This document shows, in pieces, positions 11,345 to 23,225 of a DNA stretch of 58,242 bases (its first letter is position 1; the number at the start of each line of letters is the position of its first letter). The stretch is from Octopus bimaculoides (Eukaryota). The position numbers and the translations under genes were made by a program. The notes beneath the pieces were generated by a model that ran no database searches, was not told where the DNA came from, and saw only the letters and a list, made by a program, of their open reading frames with translations. The stretch spans positions 103,907,044 through 103,965,285 of the forward strand of contig NC_068981.1 in the NCBI RefSeq assembly GCF_001194135.2, in the 5' to 3' direction.

Positions 11345-12297
11345 AACAACAAGCAAGATGAGGACAAATATCCATGAAATATAAATAATGTACATAATTC
11401 CTCATCTCTTAAATATAGAACTATATATATATATATATATTATGGTTATTGATCAAAACTGCGGAAGATTCAGTTGCATGTATTTTGCTTCCTCTAATTG
11501 CTTCAGGAAGCTGTGTAGTCATCGACACAGCCCTCCCTCACTTGAACCAAGGAGAACATCCTCAGTGTGACAGGAAGAGGGAAGAGAGGGCCACACTAGC
11601 ACTGGAGCTGGCACTTTATTTATTGAACCTGAACGCCATAAGAATGAAAAGTAAAGTTGGTTCCATCAAGAAAGTTGGAATAAAAATATCAATACGTTCT
11701 ATCTAAAAATTCAAGAACTCTGCCAATCAGCCAGCTTATCTGTGTGTGTATGTGTGTGTGTGTGTATACACACATATAATGTAATACTTTTATACACACA
11801 CACTCATACATACATATAGGTACACATCTCTCTCTACACACACACACACACACACACACATTTATGTGTGTGTATATTTGCATGTGTGTGTGTGAGCATG
11901 TGTTTACTTGGGTCTGTGTAACTTAAGATCAGCTACCACCTCTATTCCATGACTCACAAACCAATTACTGGTCACTAAATCCCATCGAGATCCCATCCTT
12001 CTGGTTTATCTCATGAAAAGAAGCATAAGCCCAACTCATCCCTAAAAAGACAGGATGGATGGTCGCATCTGGGTTTCTTTTGATCATGCTTCAGCTTGGT
12101 CAAGGATTGACTGGTCTGAACATCAACAACATGACTAAGCATTAACAAATGCACCCTTCCATTAAAAAAAGAAATAGTCATAGAGGTATACAAGAAGCTT
12201 TTATGATTGGTTAAAGAGGCAATATTGATGCAAAATTGATGTGGTTCATTAGGCTGCATTTGAAATATATAGATTCTAAAACCAATACAAAGACAGT

Positions 12298-12774
12298 ATT
12301 ACTCTTTAACTTGTTTTAGTCATTTGACTGCGGCCATGCTGGAGCACCGCCTTTAGTCGAGCAAATCGACCCCAGGACTTATTCTTTGGAAGCCTAGTAC
12401 TTATTCTATCGTTCTCTTTGGCCGAACCGCTAAGTTACGGGGACGTAAACACACCAGCACCGGTTGTCAAGCAGTGATGGGAGGACAAACACAGACACAA
12501 AGACACACACACACACACANNNNNNNNNNNNNNNNNNNNNNNNNNNNNNNNNNNNNNNNNNNNNNNNNNNNNNNNNNNNNNNNNNNNNNATATATATATA
12601 TATATATATACGACGGGCTTTTTTCAGTTTCTGTCGACCAAATCCACTCACAAGGCTTTGGTCGGCCCAAGGCCATAGTAGAAGATACTTGCCCAAGGTG
12701 CCACGCAGTGGGACTGAACCCGGGACCATGTGGTTGGTAAGCAAGCTACCTACCACACAGCCACTCCTGCGCCT
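12298..12774 (-). mobile_element. young SINE family A copy (gap in central microsatellite)
   Basis: Full head GGCGCAGGAGTGGCTGTGTGGTAGG..GGTTCAGTCCC through tail GAAACAAGTTAAAGAGT-like. Probable TSD GTATT at 12296-12300 and 12775-12779. Confidence 0.9.
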
Positions 12775-12886
12775 GTATTCCTCAAAAATTTCAAAGAAAT
12801 AGTCAAAAATTTATTATAAAAGCACTTAAAACACAATTTCTGGTCCCCCATTAAATGTAATTGTAACTCCATTAATGTAAAAGGAG

Positions 12887-13190
12887 TAAAGACCTCTTTG
12901 GTCATGAGTGACTATGGGATTGCACCTAGAAAGTTACCCTCCAAGGCACAAGTCCAAGCAATGTTGTTTATGGAAGATCAGCAGCTGCTCATGCACACCA
13001 GTCTCCCTTCTCCATGCCACCGATGTTATCCAAAGAAAAAGCAAAGACCAATACAGTTTGGCACCTGTGATGTCGTAACTCATTTCTACAGCTGAGTGAA
13101 CTGGAGCAATGTGGGATAAAGTGTCCAGGAATCAAACTCACTACCTCATGATTGTGAACCCAATGCTCTAACTGCTGAGCCATGTGCCTT
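12887..13190 (-). mobile_element. SINE family D
   Basis: Reverse-complement homologue of 5227-5550. Confidence 0.75.
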
Positions 13191-14724
13191 GTGATTAGTT
13201 AAGGAGGCAATATTGATGCAAAAGTGATATGGTTCATTCGGCTGCAGTTAATGTGGTACAATATGGACAGATTTCTGAATACCGATGAACATGTATGCAG
13301 ATATAACAATTTAAAGGATAAGCATATTACAATGGATAATACTAAGTGGACTTTTTCTTTTTCTCTCTCTTTTTCTTTTTTCTTTGTGATGTAATCTTGG
13401 GACTGAAAATGTTTGCGGCTGAAGATAGCTTTAAACCATCCTTTATATCAACAATATATACTGATGTAATGACAGTTTGTGTATAAAGCTTGAAACACGT
13501 GTACTGCGATATCCTTTGGGTTCTGTTTTCATTTTACATTTTAATATATATATATATATATTCTAAAACCAATACAAGGCAGTATTCATCAAATATTTCA
13601 AAGAAATAGTCAAAAGTTTATTATAATATAAATTTGCAATTTCTGGTCCTTTACTAAATGTAGTTGTAGCTTCATTTATATAAACCTTAAATGATTAGGA
13701 AAACAAAAGTATGACTTTCAACTACTTCTTTGGTACAATGCTAATGTCAACGTGCTGGACCATGAAGATCATAATGCTTTTTGGTTTGCTAGGGGTTCTG
13801 GTTCTCCAGACTCTGTTGCTCTGTAGCTTATAAATGGATGTACAGAATATCCTGGCACCAAGGAAGTTTCCAACTGAGAAAGACTGACTTGTTCAACAAG
13901 TTACCAACAATTGTTATTTAGTTTTCTTCTCATCTGGTAGCAGCTGATAATTTGGTATCAGCAGTTTGAAAAAGGAAATTATAAAGGTGTTTTTTCACTA
14001 GCTATAGGGATTCTGAGTGGGATAATACGTCTGATTACACTGCAGTTGCTTTTCTAAGAGAGACATTATGTTGAGCTGATTGATTTGTTACCTGTAGCGA
14101 GCCTGATGTTTGAACCTGCTAATAAGGCTACTATATGAGGAGAATACTAAATCTGTTACAATATAACTTTGCTTTTTTTTTTTCTACTTTTGGGATTAAA
14201 TTTCTCTGGTAGTAAAGATGGCATGAAGCTTAGCAAAATTGCATGAGCTCATATTTTTACCTCATTGATTCTGTAACTTGCTTAATTCTTCCTCTGGTTT
14301 GTCAGTTTTCTCCATGTGTTATGCCAAGGGGGGTAATAACTTGAATAGAAAAGAATATTTGGAGAGAGAAAGAGAGAAATTGAAATAGTGGAATCAGTGA
14401 GAAAATAGAGAGAGAAAGCACGAGAGAGAGAGGGAGAGAGACACAGAGAGAGAGAGGTAGGGTCTATATTACTCTGCATTTGTGTATCCAAATCACAGGC
14501 ACAATCAAAATGTTTAACATAATGAAACAATGTCATGAGAATCAATAAATTTATGCATTAAAAGATATATCGATAAGTAGTTAAATTAAAGTGAAATAAC
14601 TTTTGTTAGGAAATAGCTGTGGATGTTACACTTTTATCTTTTACATTCTCTGGACCAAAGGCTGTGGCCATGCTGGGGTACCACCATTATTCTTTTTTAT
14701 TTTTTCGATATTAGGTTTAAATGC

Positions 14725-14941
14725 TTACTCTTTACTCTCTCTCTTTTACTTGTTTCAGTCATTTGACTGCAGCCATGCTGGAGCACCGCCTTTAGTCGAG
14801 CAAATCAACCCCAGGACTTATTCTTTGGATACCTAGTACTTATTCTATCGGTCTCTTTTGCCGAACCGCTAAGTTACAGGGACTTAAACACACCAGCACT
14901 GGTTGTCAAGTGATGTTGGAGGGACAAACACAGACACACAC

Positions 14942-14962
<21 letters not shown>
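14725..14962 (-). mobile_element. SINE family A, 3' half
   Basis: Tail (ACTCTTT)n and conserved body up to the microsatellite. Confidence 0.85.
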
Positions 14963-14973
<11 letters not shown>

Positions 14974-16008
14974 CTTAAAAAATAGAGCTCAAAATCGATG
15001 CATTGAAGATACTTTATTGCAGCAACAATTATAATAGCAGTAACAACAACAATAAGCCAAACCTATGCACATTTCAATAGAGTATCCAGGATAAATAAAC
15101 CACATCATAAAATGTCTCATAAAATATTATAACATATTATAACACGTTACAAATTACAAATTATAAATTGCCGGATACTCCATCTCTTCAGGGTCGCAAT
15201 TATTATTGCCATCACCAAACACTACTATTATTAGCAAAACACATACATNNNNNNNNNNNNNNNNNNNNNNNNNNNNNNNNNNNNNNNNNNNNNNNNNNNN
15301 NNNNNNNNNNNNNNNNNNNNNNNNNNNNNNNNNNNNNNNNNNNNNNNNNNNNNNNNNNNNNNNNNNNNNNNNNNNNNNNNNNNNNNNNNNNNNNNNNNNN
15401 NNNNNNNNNNNNNNNNNNNNNNNNNNNNNNNNNNNNNNNNNNNNNNNNNNNNNNNNNNNNNNNNNNNNNNNNNNNNNNNNNNNNNNNNNNNNNNNNNNNN
15501 NNNNNNNNNNNNNNNNNNNNNNNNNNNNNNNNNNNNNNNNNNNNNNNNNNNNNNNNNNNNNNNNNNNNNNNNNNNNNNNNNNNNNNNNNNNNNNNNNNNN
15601 NNNNNNNNNNNNNNNNNNNNNNNNNNNNNNNNNNNNNNNNNNNNNNNNNNNNNNNNNNNNNNNNNNNNNNNNNNNNNNNNNNNNNNNNNNNNNNNNNNNN
15701 NNNNNNNNNNNNNNNNNNNNNNNNNNNNNNNNNNNNNNNNNNNNNNNNNNNNNNNNNNNNNNNNNNNNNNNNNNNNNNNNNNNNNNNNNNNNNNNNNNNN
15801 NNNNNNNNNNNNNNNNNATATACACACACATATATATACACACACATTCTCACATGCCTCCACATGTATACATACACACATACACTCATATATTTGCGCA
15901 ACAGACCTAATTCCAGTAAAATATATAGAAATAAATAGAAATAAATATACCTATTCCTAAAATGCACACTTGTGTCTATATACATTCCAGTAAATTATAT
16001 AAATATTC

Positions 16009-17937
16009 CTATTTATAAAATGCAAACGTATGCCTATACATATGCAGACATCTGTAAGCTTTAAACGTAATTTTATTAACTAGGTGACCCTTGGAAAAAA
16101 GTATGGAAAATAATTCCAAGTTACATAATGAACAAGTACCTTTACCCTTGTCGTACGGCATCGATTTGCCTATTATCAACCATTCAAGGGAGTAATCTCT
16201 TTTCTCATGTTTCAATTTCTATATCAAACTACTAAGCGCCGTACTATATTGTTTACTCCTATCCCTAAACGTCGAATAATGATTAGAAATTCTTTTTGAA
16301 ACTTCAAGTGACAAAGCCCCAATATAACTCCAAATCTTCTTATCCGTTATAACATTACACCTATACACAATGTTTTTAGTTTTAGCATTTGCACTAAGGA
16401 ATCTTATTCTATTAGGGTTATCTTCAGATATTTCTGTTAATTTATTATCATAGTTAATGGTATTATCCATATCCTTTATATCTTGACTAACATCTCGACC
16501 ATTGTCTGCATTATTATTATTACTCTCTATATTTATGTCAACAGAATCATGACTAGAATTAGAGGATAACAGTTTAAAGTTATGAGCGGCGATAATTTGG
16601 GTCAAATTTTTGGTATTTGAAAAACCGAACCTTACCTTATGCTCGTTAATAACCTTGTAGTAGTGCGAGTTTTTTGTAAAATGTTTCCTAACTACATTCC
16701 TAAATATACTAACTAAATTTGATTTTACCTGCCTCCCATATGGGACGATGAACCATAGACTATCCTGTTTCCCAGGATAACTTACAATGTTTTCCCTAAA
16801 AAACTTAAGTCTACTATTTTCAGTCCTTGGTACACTATCGTTGGATCTTGGCCTATGCTTAATCTTACTAAATAGGTTAACACTATTTTTTTTATTATTA
16901 TTATTTTTATTATTGTTAGTTTTATAACTACCCTTATTCCTATTATTCCTATTATTAATATTATTATTATTAACATCTTCAATAGAGGAAGCAGAATCTG
17001 GTTTAATATAGTATACCTTATCATTATATCCTGCTTCCAACAAAGCGGAGTTATAAAACTTTGCCTCATCTTCAAAAACCAGATTATTTGCAGAGAGGTT
17101 AGACAATCTTAATAATATACTATGAACTAAGTTATCTATTATTGCTTTTGGATGATTACTAGATCTATTAATATACCTCAGGTTAGTTAAAGGTTTATGA
17201 TATGGCCTATATGATTTATTATGCAGATCAAGTGTAACATCTAAGAAATTAGCTACAGATATATTATCCTCAAAAATAATATCCATTCCCATTCTGTGAA
17301 AAAATCTAGCTAATCTATTTTTTACCCTTTGTACTTGTTGTTTCGAACTATTTCTGAGAAATAGCAGACAATCATCCCTATAAAGACCCCCTCTAATATT
17401 TGTGAATTGATCAGCTAATTCATAAAGTATAAAAGAACAAACCACATCAACTACCTGAGCCGAATCTGAGCTACCCATAGGTCAAACGCATCAGGTGTAC
17501 CCTTTCTAATCCAAACCTTGTTATTAAATTTAATAAAGGATTTCCTGGCAGCTAGAACAACATTAATCTCTCCTCTAGAAAGCCCAGCTTTATTGTGCAT
17601 AAACCACAATGCTTTATTAAGAACAGAAGGATTAATAGAGGGATAGAAATTAGCTATATCAAATTGTATAAATTTGACATTATCTTTATCATTAATAGAA
17701 TTGAACCAATCTATTACTTGCTTAGAATTGGACCACAGTTGTAGCTTAAGTTTTCTAATTATTATAGGGATATACTTATCTAATATACTTTTGCTTAGTA
17801 TCCCTATATCCGATTTAGCTGGGCAAATAAGCCTTAATTTAGGATCAGTCCAAAAATTTTTCTTGTGATCTTTCAATATGAACCTCGGTTGCTTTGGCAT
17901 TATAGGCTCAGTCCTATTTAAAAGGTTAAATTTCTTC
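16009..17937 (-). mobile_element. near-intact Penelope-like element, RT + C-terminal GIY-YIG endonuclease (tentatively Nematis-like)
   Basis: LKDHK..RLICPAKS..FIQFDIANFYPSI..MGS.D..GGLYRDD..NFLDVTLDL..YRPY.KP..SNHP..WF..PY..IVY..YIG..CSLC. One frameshift near 17480 and one TGG>TAG stop at 16219-16221. The frame is open up to the N gap at 17938. Confidence 0.92.
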
Positions 17938-18304
17938 NNNNNNNNNNNNNNNNNNNNNNNNNNNNNNNNNNNNNNNNNNNNNNNNNNNNNNNNNNNNNNN
18001 NNNNNNNNNNNNNNNNNNNNNNNNNNNNNNNNNNNNNNNNNNNNNNNNNNNNNNNNNNNNNNNNNNNNNNNNNNNNNNNNNNNNNNNNNNNNNNNNNNNN
18101 NNNNNNNNNNNNNNNNNNNNNNNNNNNNNNNNNNNNNNNNNNNNNNNNNNNNNNNNNNNNNNNNNNNNNNNNNNNNNNNNNNNNNNNNNNNNNNNNNNNN
18201 NNNNNNNNNNNNNNNNNNNNNNNNNNNNNNNNNNNNNNNNNNNNNNNNNNNNNNNNNNNNNNNNNNNNNNNNNNNNNNNNNNNNNNNNNNNNNNNNNNNN
18301 NNNN

Positions 18305-18490
18305 ATATATATATATATATATATACGACGGGCTTCTTTCAGTGTCCGTCTACCAAATGCACTCACAAGGCTTTGGTCGGCCTGAGGCTATAGTAGAAGA
18401 CACTTACCCAAGATGCCATGCAGTGGGAATGAACCCGGAACCATGTGGTTGGTAAGCAAGCTACTTACCACACAGCCGCTCCTGCACCTA
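18305..18490 (-). mobile_element. SINE family A, 5' half
   Basis: Head and CORE-like segment adjoining the gap. Confidence 0.85.
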
Positions 18491-18829
18491 TTATTATTAT
18501 TATAATTAGAATAAATATTCAAATATTCTGACATACACCATGGAATTTCCGTAGGCCTTGCTAGTTTATATGAATGTGGTATGTGGAATTTTAGGCATCT
18601 ATATGCTGATTTATAATAAACTCAGTAAAAACATGTAATTTGCTAGTTATAACTCCAAATCGGTGTTAGTGTTTATCTTCTCAGTAGTAGTAGTAGTAGT
18701 AGTAGTATGAGATGGCAATAGAGGAATGATAAACTGTTCAGTAGAAGTATTCAATCTATGTCAGTGTGGAAAACACATCAACATGATAATGATGGTACTG
18801 ACAAGAATGGCTGCAATGATAACAGTGTG

Positions 18830-19290
18830 GAACTGGTGGAGTCATAGCAGTATAGGTCAAAATGCTTTGTGGTATTTGCTCTGGTGCTCTGTCCTCTCAG
18901 TTCAAACCCCATTGAGGTCAACTTTATCTTTCATCCTTTTTGGAGTTGATGAAATAAAGTTTTAGTGAAGTAGTAGGAACAGATAGATTAACAACAACCT
19001 CAACGATTTCTAGCTTTCACCTATGCAGTAAGTTATTATTATCATTATTATTATTATTAATAATAATGATAAGGTGGTGAGCTGGCAGAATCGTTAGTAT
19101 GCTAGGTAACATGCTTAAGATCATTTTGCCTGTCTTCATGTTTTGAGTTCAAATACTATTGAGGTCAGTTTTGTCCTTCATCCTTTTTTTGGGGTTGATA
19201 AAATAAGTACCAGTAGATCACTATGGCTGGTATAATTAACTTATCACCTCCACCAAAATTGCTGGCCTTGTGCCAAAATTTGAAACATTA
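18830..19290 (+). mobile_element. two tandem SINE family B copies
   Basis: GTTCAAAC/GAGTTCAAAT B-boxes, TTTCATCCTTTT.GGGGTTGAT.AAATAA, tail CTGGCCTTGTGCCAAAATTTGAAAC. Confidence 0.7.
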
Positions 19291-19487
19291 TTATCATTAT
19301 TATTATTATTATTATTATTATGTTAGCTTTAAGGTGGTGCTCATTGTGCATTGTGAACAGCTTTCTAGTTCTGTCTCTATCTATTTTAGAAAAGGAGCAG
19401 ACTATCTTAATACTGGCATGGATTCACTGATAATATTCCTTCCATTTAGTTCTACCTCAAGTGTCTTGCTAATCCTTCTCTTGTGCT

Positions 19488-19906
19488 CTTTACTCTTTTA
19501 CTCTTTACTCTTTTACTTGTTTCAGTCTTTTGACTGTGGCCATGCTGGAGCACCGCCTTTAGTCGAGCAAATCGACCCCAGAACTTATTCTTTGGAAGCC
19601 TAGTACTTATTCTATCGGTCTCTTTTGCCGAACCGCTAAGTTACGAGGACATAAACACACCAGCATCGGTTGTCAAGCGATGTTGGGGGGACAAACACAG
19701 ACATACAAACACATACACACATACATATATATATACATATATACGACAGGCTTCTTTCAGTTTCCGTCTACCAAATCCACTTACAAGGCTTTGGTCAGCC
19801 CGAGGCTATAGTAGAAGACACTTGCCCAAGGTGCCACGCAGTGGGACTGAACCCGGGACCATGTGGGTGGTAAGCAAGCTACTTACCACACAGCCACTCC
19901 TACGCC
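19488..19906 (-). mobile_element. full-length young SINE family A
   Basis: Complete head to (ACTCTTT)n tail. Close match to the copies at 12298 and 25651. Confidence 0.92.
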
Positions 19907-20239
19907 CTGGGAGTAATGGTGGTGGAACGCGTGTATCTGCCTTTTTGGCCTAGCTCGCGTCCTACGTAGCGTCCGGGAAGCTTGGCCCTTACAGAGACCG
20001 TAGCCAAGAGAGTGTCCGATGACAGGCGGAGGGGGCTTGTCAGTTCGATCCAGTCAGTTGCCCTTCTTTGGAAACTTTCTTTTTTTTTCTTTATCCTAAT
20101 CATTCTGAAGCACCCCTATGTATTCACATCCCTCATTATTTCAGCTTCCCTTCATAATTAAAGCCCAAACTTCATACCAGTATTGTTGCTAAATATTCTT
20201 ACTGTTTGGATCAGCGAGTCTAAGTTGTTTTTTTGTTTT

Positions 20240-20470
20240 TTTTTGTACAGCCTGAGGTTATCCTTATGTTGCAAGCAATTTTTTTTTTGCACCCCGGTTT
20301 CTGCAAACTCATAGATAGGCCTGAAATTGCCTCAAGCATACTTGCCAGAGGGATTAACACAATAACAAAAAGTAATGGAGTATGTGAGTCTCCCTGGAAT
20401 AGTCCCCTACAGATTTTCACATTTCCTAATGATTTGTTTTCATATTTAGTTTTGCTTTCCAATCAATACC
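20240..20470 (-). mobile_element. R4/Dong-type LINE reverse transcriptase fragment
   Basis: KICRGLFQGDSHTPLLFVIVLIPL matches the RGIFQGDSLSPLLFVIALIPL motif. Confidence 0.75.
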
Positions 20471-20784
20471 ATGCCATCAGTATACAATAGATCAACAACT
20501 TCTCTTAATTTTTTTCATCTCTTTTGCTCTTCTGTTAACTTTCTTCTCTAGAAAGCTCTACAATTTATCTACTATTAGTAATAGTAAGCATGTAATTATT
20601 ATTATTTGTCCTCATAGTTTCTGAAAACTGGTATGGTTTTCTTGTAAGTGGAGAGAGATCCAGGAAGACATGGGATGAAATACTGAACACCAATCTCAAA
20701 ATGCTGAGCCTCACAAAGGAAAAGACAAATGATCAAGATATGGGGCACATTGCTGTACTCAAGAAGACCTGTACACCACACCAG

Positions 20785-21020
20785 AATTGATAGTGCCACA
20801 TAAAAAGCACTGATGTGGATGCTGGTGTCACATAAAAATCACCCAGTACAGTCTGTAAAGTGGTTTGTGTTAGGAAGGACACCCATCTGTAGAAACTAAG
20901 CGAAAACAAACTATGGAACCTAGTGTGGCTGCTGGCCTTGCCAGTTCCTGTTAAGCCTTCCAACCCATGCCAACATGGAAAACAGACATTAAATGTTGAT
21001 GATGATGATGATGATGATGA
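20785..21020 (+). mobile_element. RTE-type 3' end/tail element ending in (GAT)n
   Basis: ..TTAGGAAGGACACCCATCTGTAGAAAC..AACCCATGCCAACATGGAAAACAGACATTAAATGTTGATGATGATG. Recurs at about 28710, 47410 (-) and 53895 (-). Confidence 0.7.
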
Positions 21021-21129
21021 TATCTCTTCATCAGACCTCAGACAGAGACAGCCTTTCATGGGATATGAGCAGTACCTCATAACAATTTTTCTTTCCTTTT
21101 TTTGCATAGTGCTGATATCATATTTGAAT

Positions 21130-21331
21130 TTAACATTTAAATCAGCCATATCTAGCCCAAATATTCTACTTGTATTATGTTCAAGCTATCAAGATCTAGC
21201 CTCTTACACATATCCTACAATGCCATTCTAAAATTTTAAATCTCATTGTCGAAATCTCAAAGCTACAAGATAATGCATGGTTAATTCAAAACAGTGCAAA
21301 TAATTAAGTGATCTGAATGGTAAAGGGTTAA
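21130..21331. mobile_element. TTAA-type MITE, family 2
   Basis: Right end GAATGGTAAAGGGTTAA. Interior homologous to the inverted copy at 50728-50954. Confidence 0.65.
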
Positions 21332-22829
21332 GTTGGTTGAGGAACTGTGTTAGTTTCTTTATGGTGGACCTCCAGTGCTTCTCCCACTAACAGAATAACA
21401 TTCTTTTTAACTCCTTGTGCCAAAATTTGAAACCATTATTATTAATACTGCTGTTTGGTTAAGGAGGAATTAATGTGACTGCTTTTACATCATGATTAGT
21501 CTCAAAAGTACCTCACTGAAAAAGGTTGGGGGTGACAAAATTTTTAAAAGATATCCTACCCAAATTAACATAGGAAAAGATGGATGTAAAATTTTTGAAA
21601 CAAAAGTGAGAAAATAGCAATTGTTTTCCAGAGAACCTTTTACAAATAGTAGGTAATATCATACTTTTGAGTAAAATGGTAAATTGTTCTCCCCAGCCTC
21701 CACTCTTCTTTTCAAAAGCATCTTGGCTTGCTTACTGCCTAATACAGAATGATAGTCAATAGGTTATCTAAGAGAGTCATGACCAGTCCCAAGTGTTGTT
21801 GTTCTGATAAAGTAGCTCAGTGACAAAGGTCTAGAATGACTGATAGAATTTCCCCTTCCCACCACACACACAAACAGTGTTTTGTCTATCTTGTTGATTT
21901 GGGTTATCTACATATAGGAAAAATCTTGCGGTGGTGATAGTGAGGAGATCAGGGCAATGCAGCAGACTATTAAATATATACATTTAGAAGATTTATATTT
22001 CATATATATATATATATATANNNNNNNNNNNNNNNNNNNNNNNNNNNNNNNNNNNNNNNNNNNNNNNNNNNNNNNNNNNNNNNNNNNNNNNNNNNNNNNN
22101 NNNNNNNNNNNNNNNNNNNNNNNNNNNNNNNNNNNNNNNNNNNNNNNNNNNNNNNNNNNNNNNNNNNNNNNNNNNNNNNNNNNNNNNNNNNNNNNNNNNN
22201 NNNNNNNNNNNNNNNNNNNNNNNNNNNNNNNNNNNNNNNNNNNNNNNGAATATGATTATCTGACTGAGGTGGTCACTCTCACAACATGGGATATTTAAAA
22301 ATAAAATATGTGGTTATTTTGATTCTACTTTGCTTTCTTTCTTTATTTCTTGTTCTTCAGTTTCTCTTTCCTTCCTTCATTTCTTTCCATTTTTGCTTCT
22401 AATTTTTGCTGCTTTGTTTTTTTTTTCCTTCATATTTTTTTCTGCATCTGTTTTCTATAAATATATGTAAGGATTATATGAAAATGTTGTTTGAAAAAGA
22501 ACCCCCAAAGTAGATATCAGTTGCTGTATATGTATGTATGCATGTTGTATATATGTGTATGTTGTATATGTATGTATGTTGTGTGTGTGTGTGTTGTATA
22601 TGTATGTATGTTGTGTATGTGTGTGCTTTTGTTCTATGCTTAAAATGATTGTTTCTTGTTCAAGCCTAGACTGATTTAAATTAAAATTTAATTCAATTTA
22701 ATTGCTGAGAGTATCTATCAAATTGACATGATACCAACAACCGAAACAGAGGAAGACAAAGAAGGAATTGTCTGGGACTACAATATGTAGATAGAAATAA
22801 ATTTAAAATAGAAATCCTGGAGGTTGATA

Positions 22830-23225
22830 TCGAGACATGGTTGAATAGAAAACTGGAAGGAGACAAAAATACTGCAGGAAGATCTTAGCTGAATTGTATG
22901 GTGGTATTGTGTTGAGTGGAATCTGCACAAAGAAAATTGCAATAGAAATATAGCATCAGGGGAAAAGGGTTTCTCACTATAATAGAAGAGATCAAGAAGT
23001 GACTGGGAACCAAAGCCATCAAAGTGAAGAGATATTGTGAGTGAATAATGCAATTCAAATTGAATAGATTGTTCTCTTCAAACCAGAAGTAATTCTTCAA
23101 GAAACTGGAATGTGACATTCAGGAAACAGTTCCTTCAATGCTTGTGAGGCCAAAACATCTTGGTCAGATATATAGGGAAGAGTTGTCTACCACAGCAATA
23201 TAATGCCATAATGCTGAATGGCTAA
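22830..23225 (+). mobile_element. R4/Dong-type LINE ORF relic (pre-RT region)
   Basis: IEEIKK*LGTKAIKVKRYCE*IMQFKLNRLFSSNQK*FFKKL..HNAEWL resembles the R4/Dong KA.RI.RY..R..Q..QN..F..N.K.FY..L..HN..A.WL region. Confidence 0.55.

Larger units (their letters stand above)
11061..11395 (-). mobile_element. tRNA-headed, hammerhead-bearing non-autonomous element with inverted terminal duplication (PLE pLTR-like)
   Basis: Arms 11061-11165 and 11289-11395 are reverse complements. The spacer holds a minus-strand tRNA-like head. Both arms carry a hammerhead core. (TA)n tracts lie on both sides. Confidence 0.8.

Noticed and set aside
15140-15200. CTGAAGA on the minus strand downstream of the 16-18 kb PLE as a hammerhead
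   Set aside because: After a possible GAT/ATC stem the sequence is CGGCAA rather than GAAA, and stems I and III do not form. A real pLTR hammerhead may be hidden in the adjacent gap.
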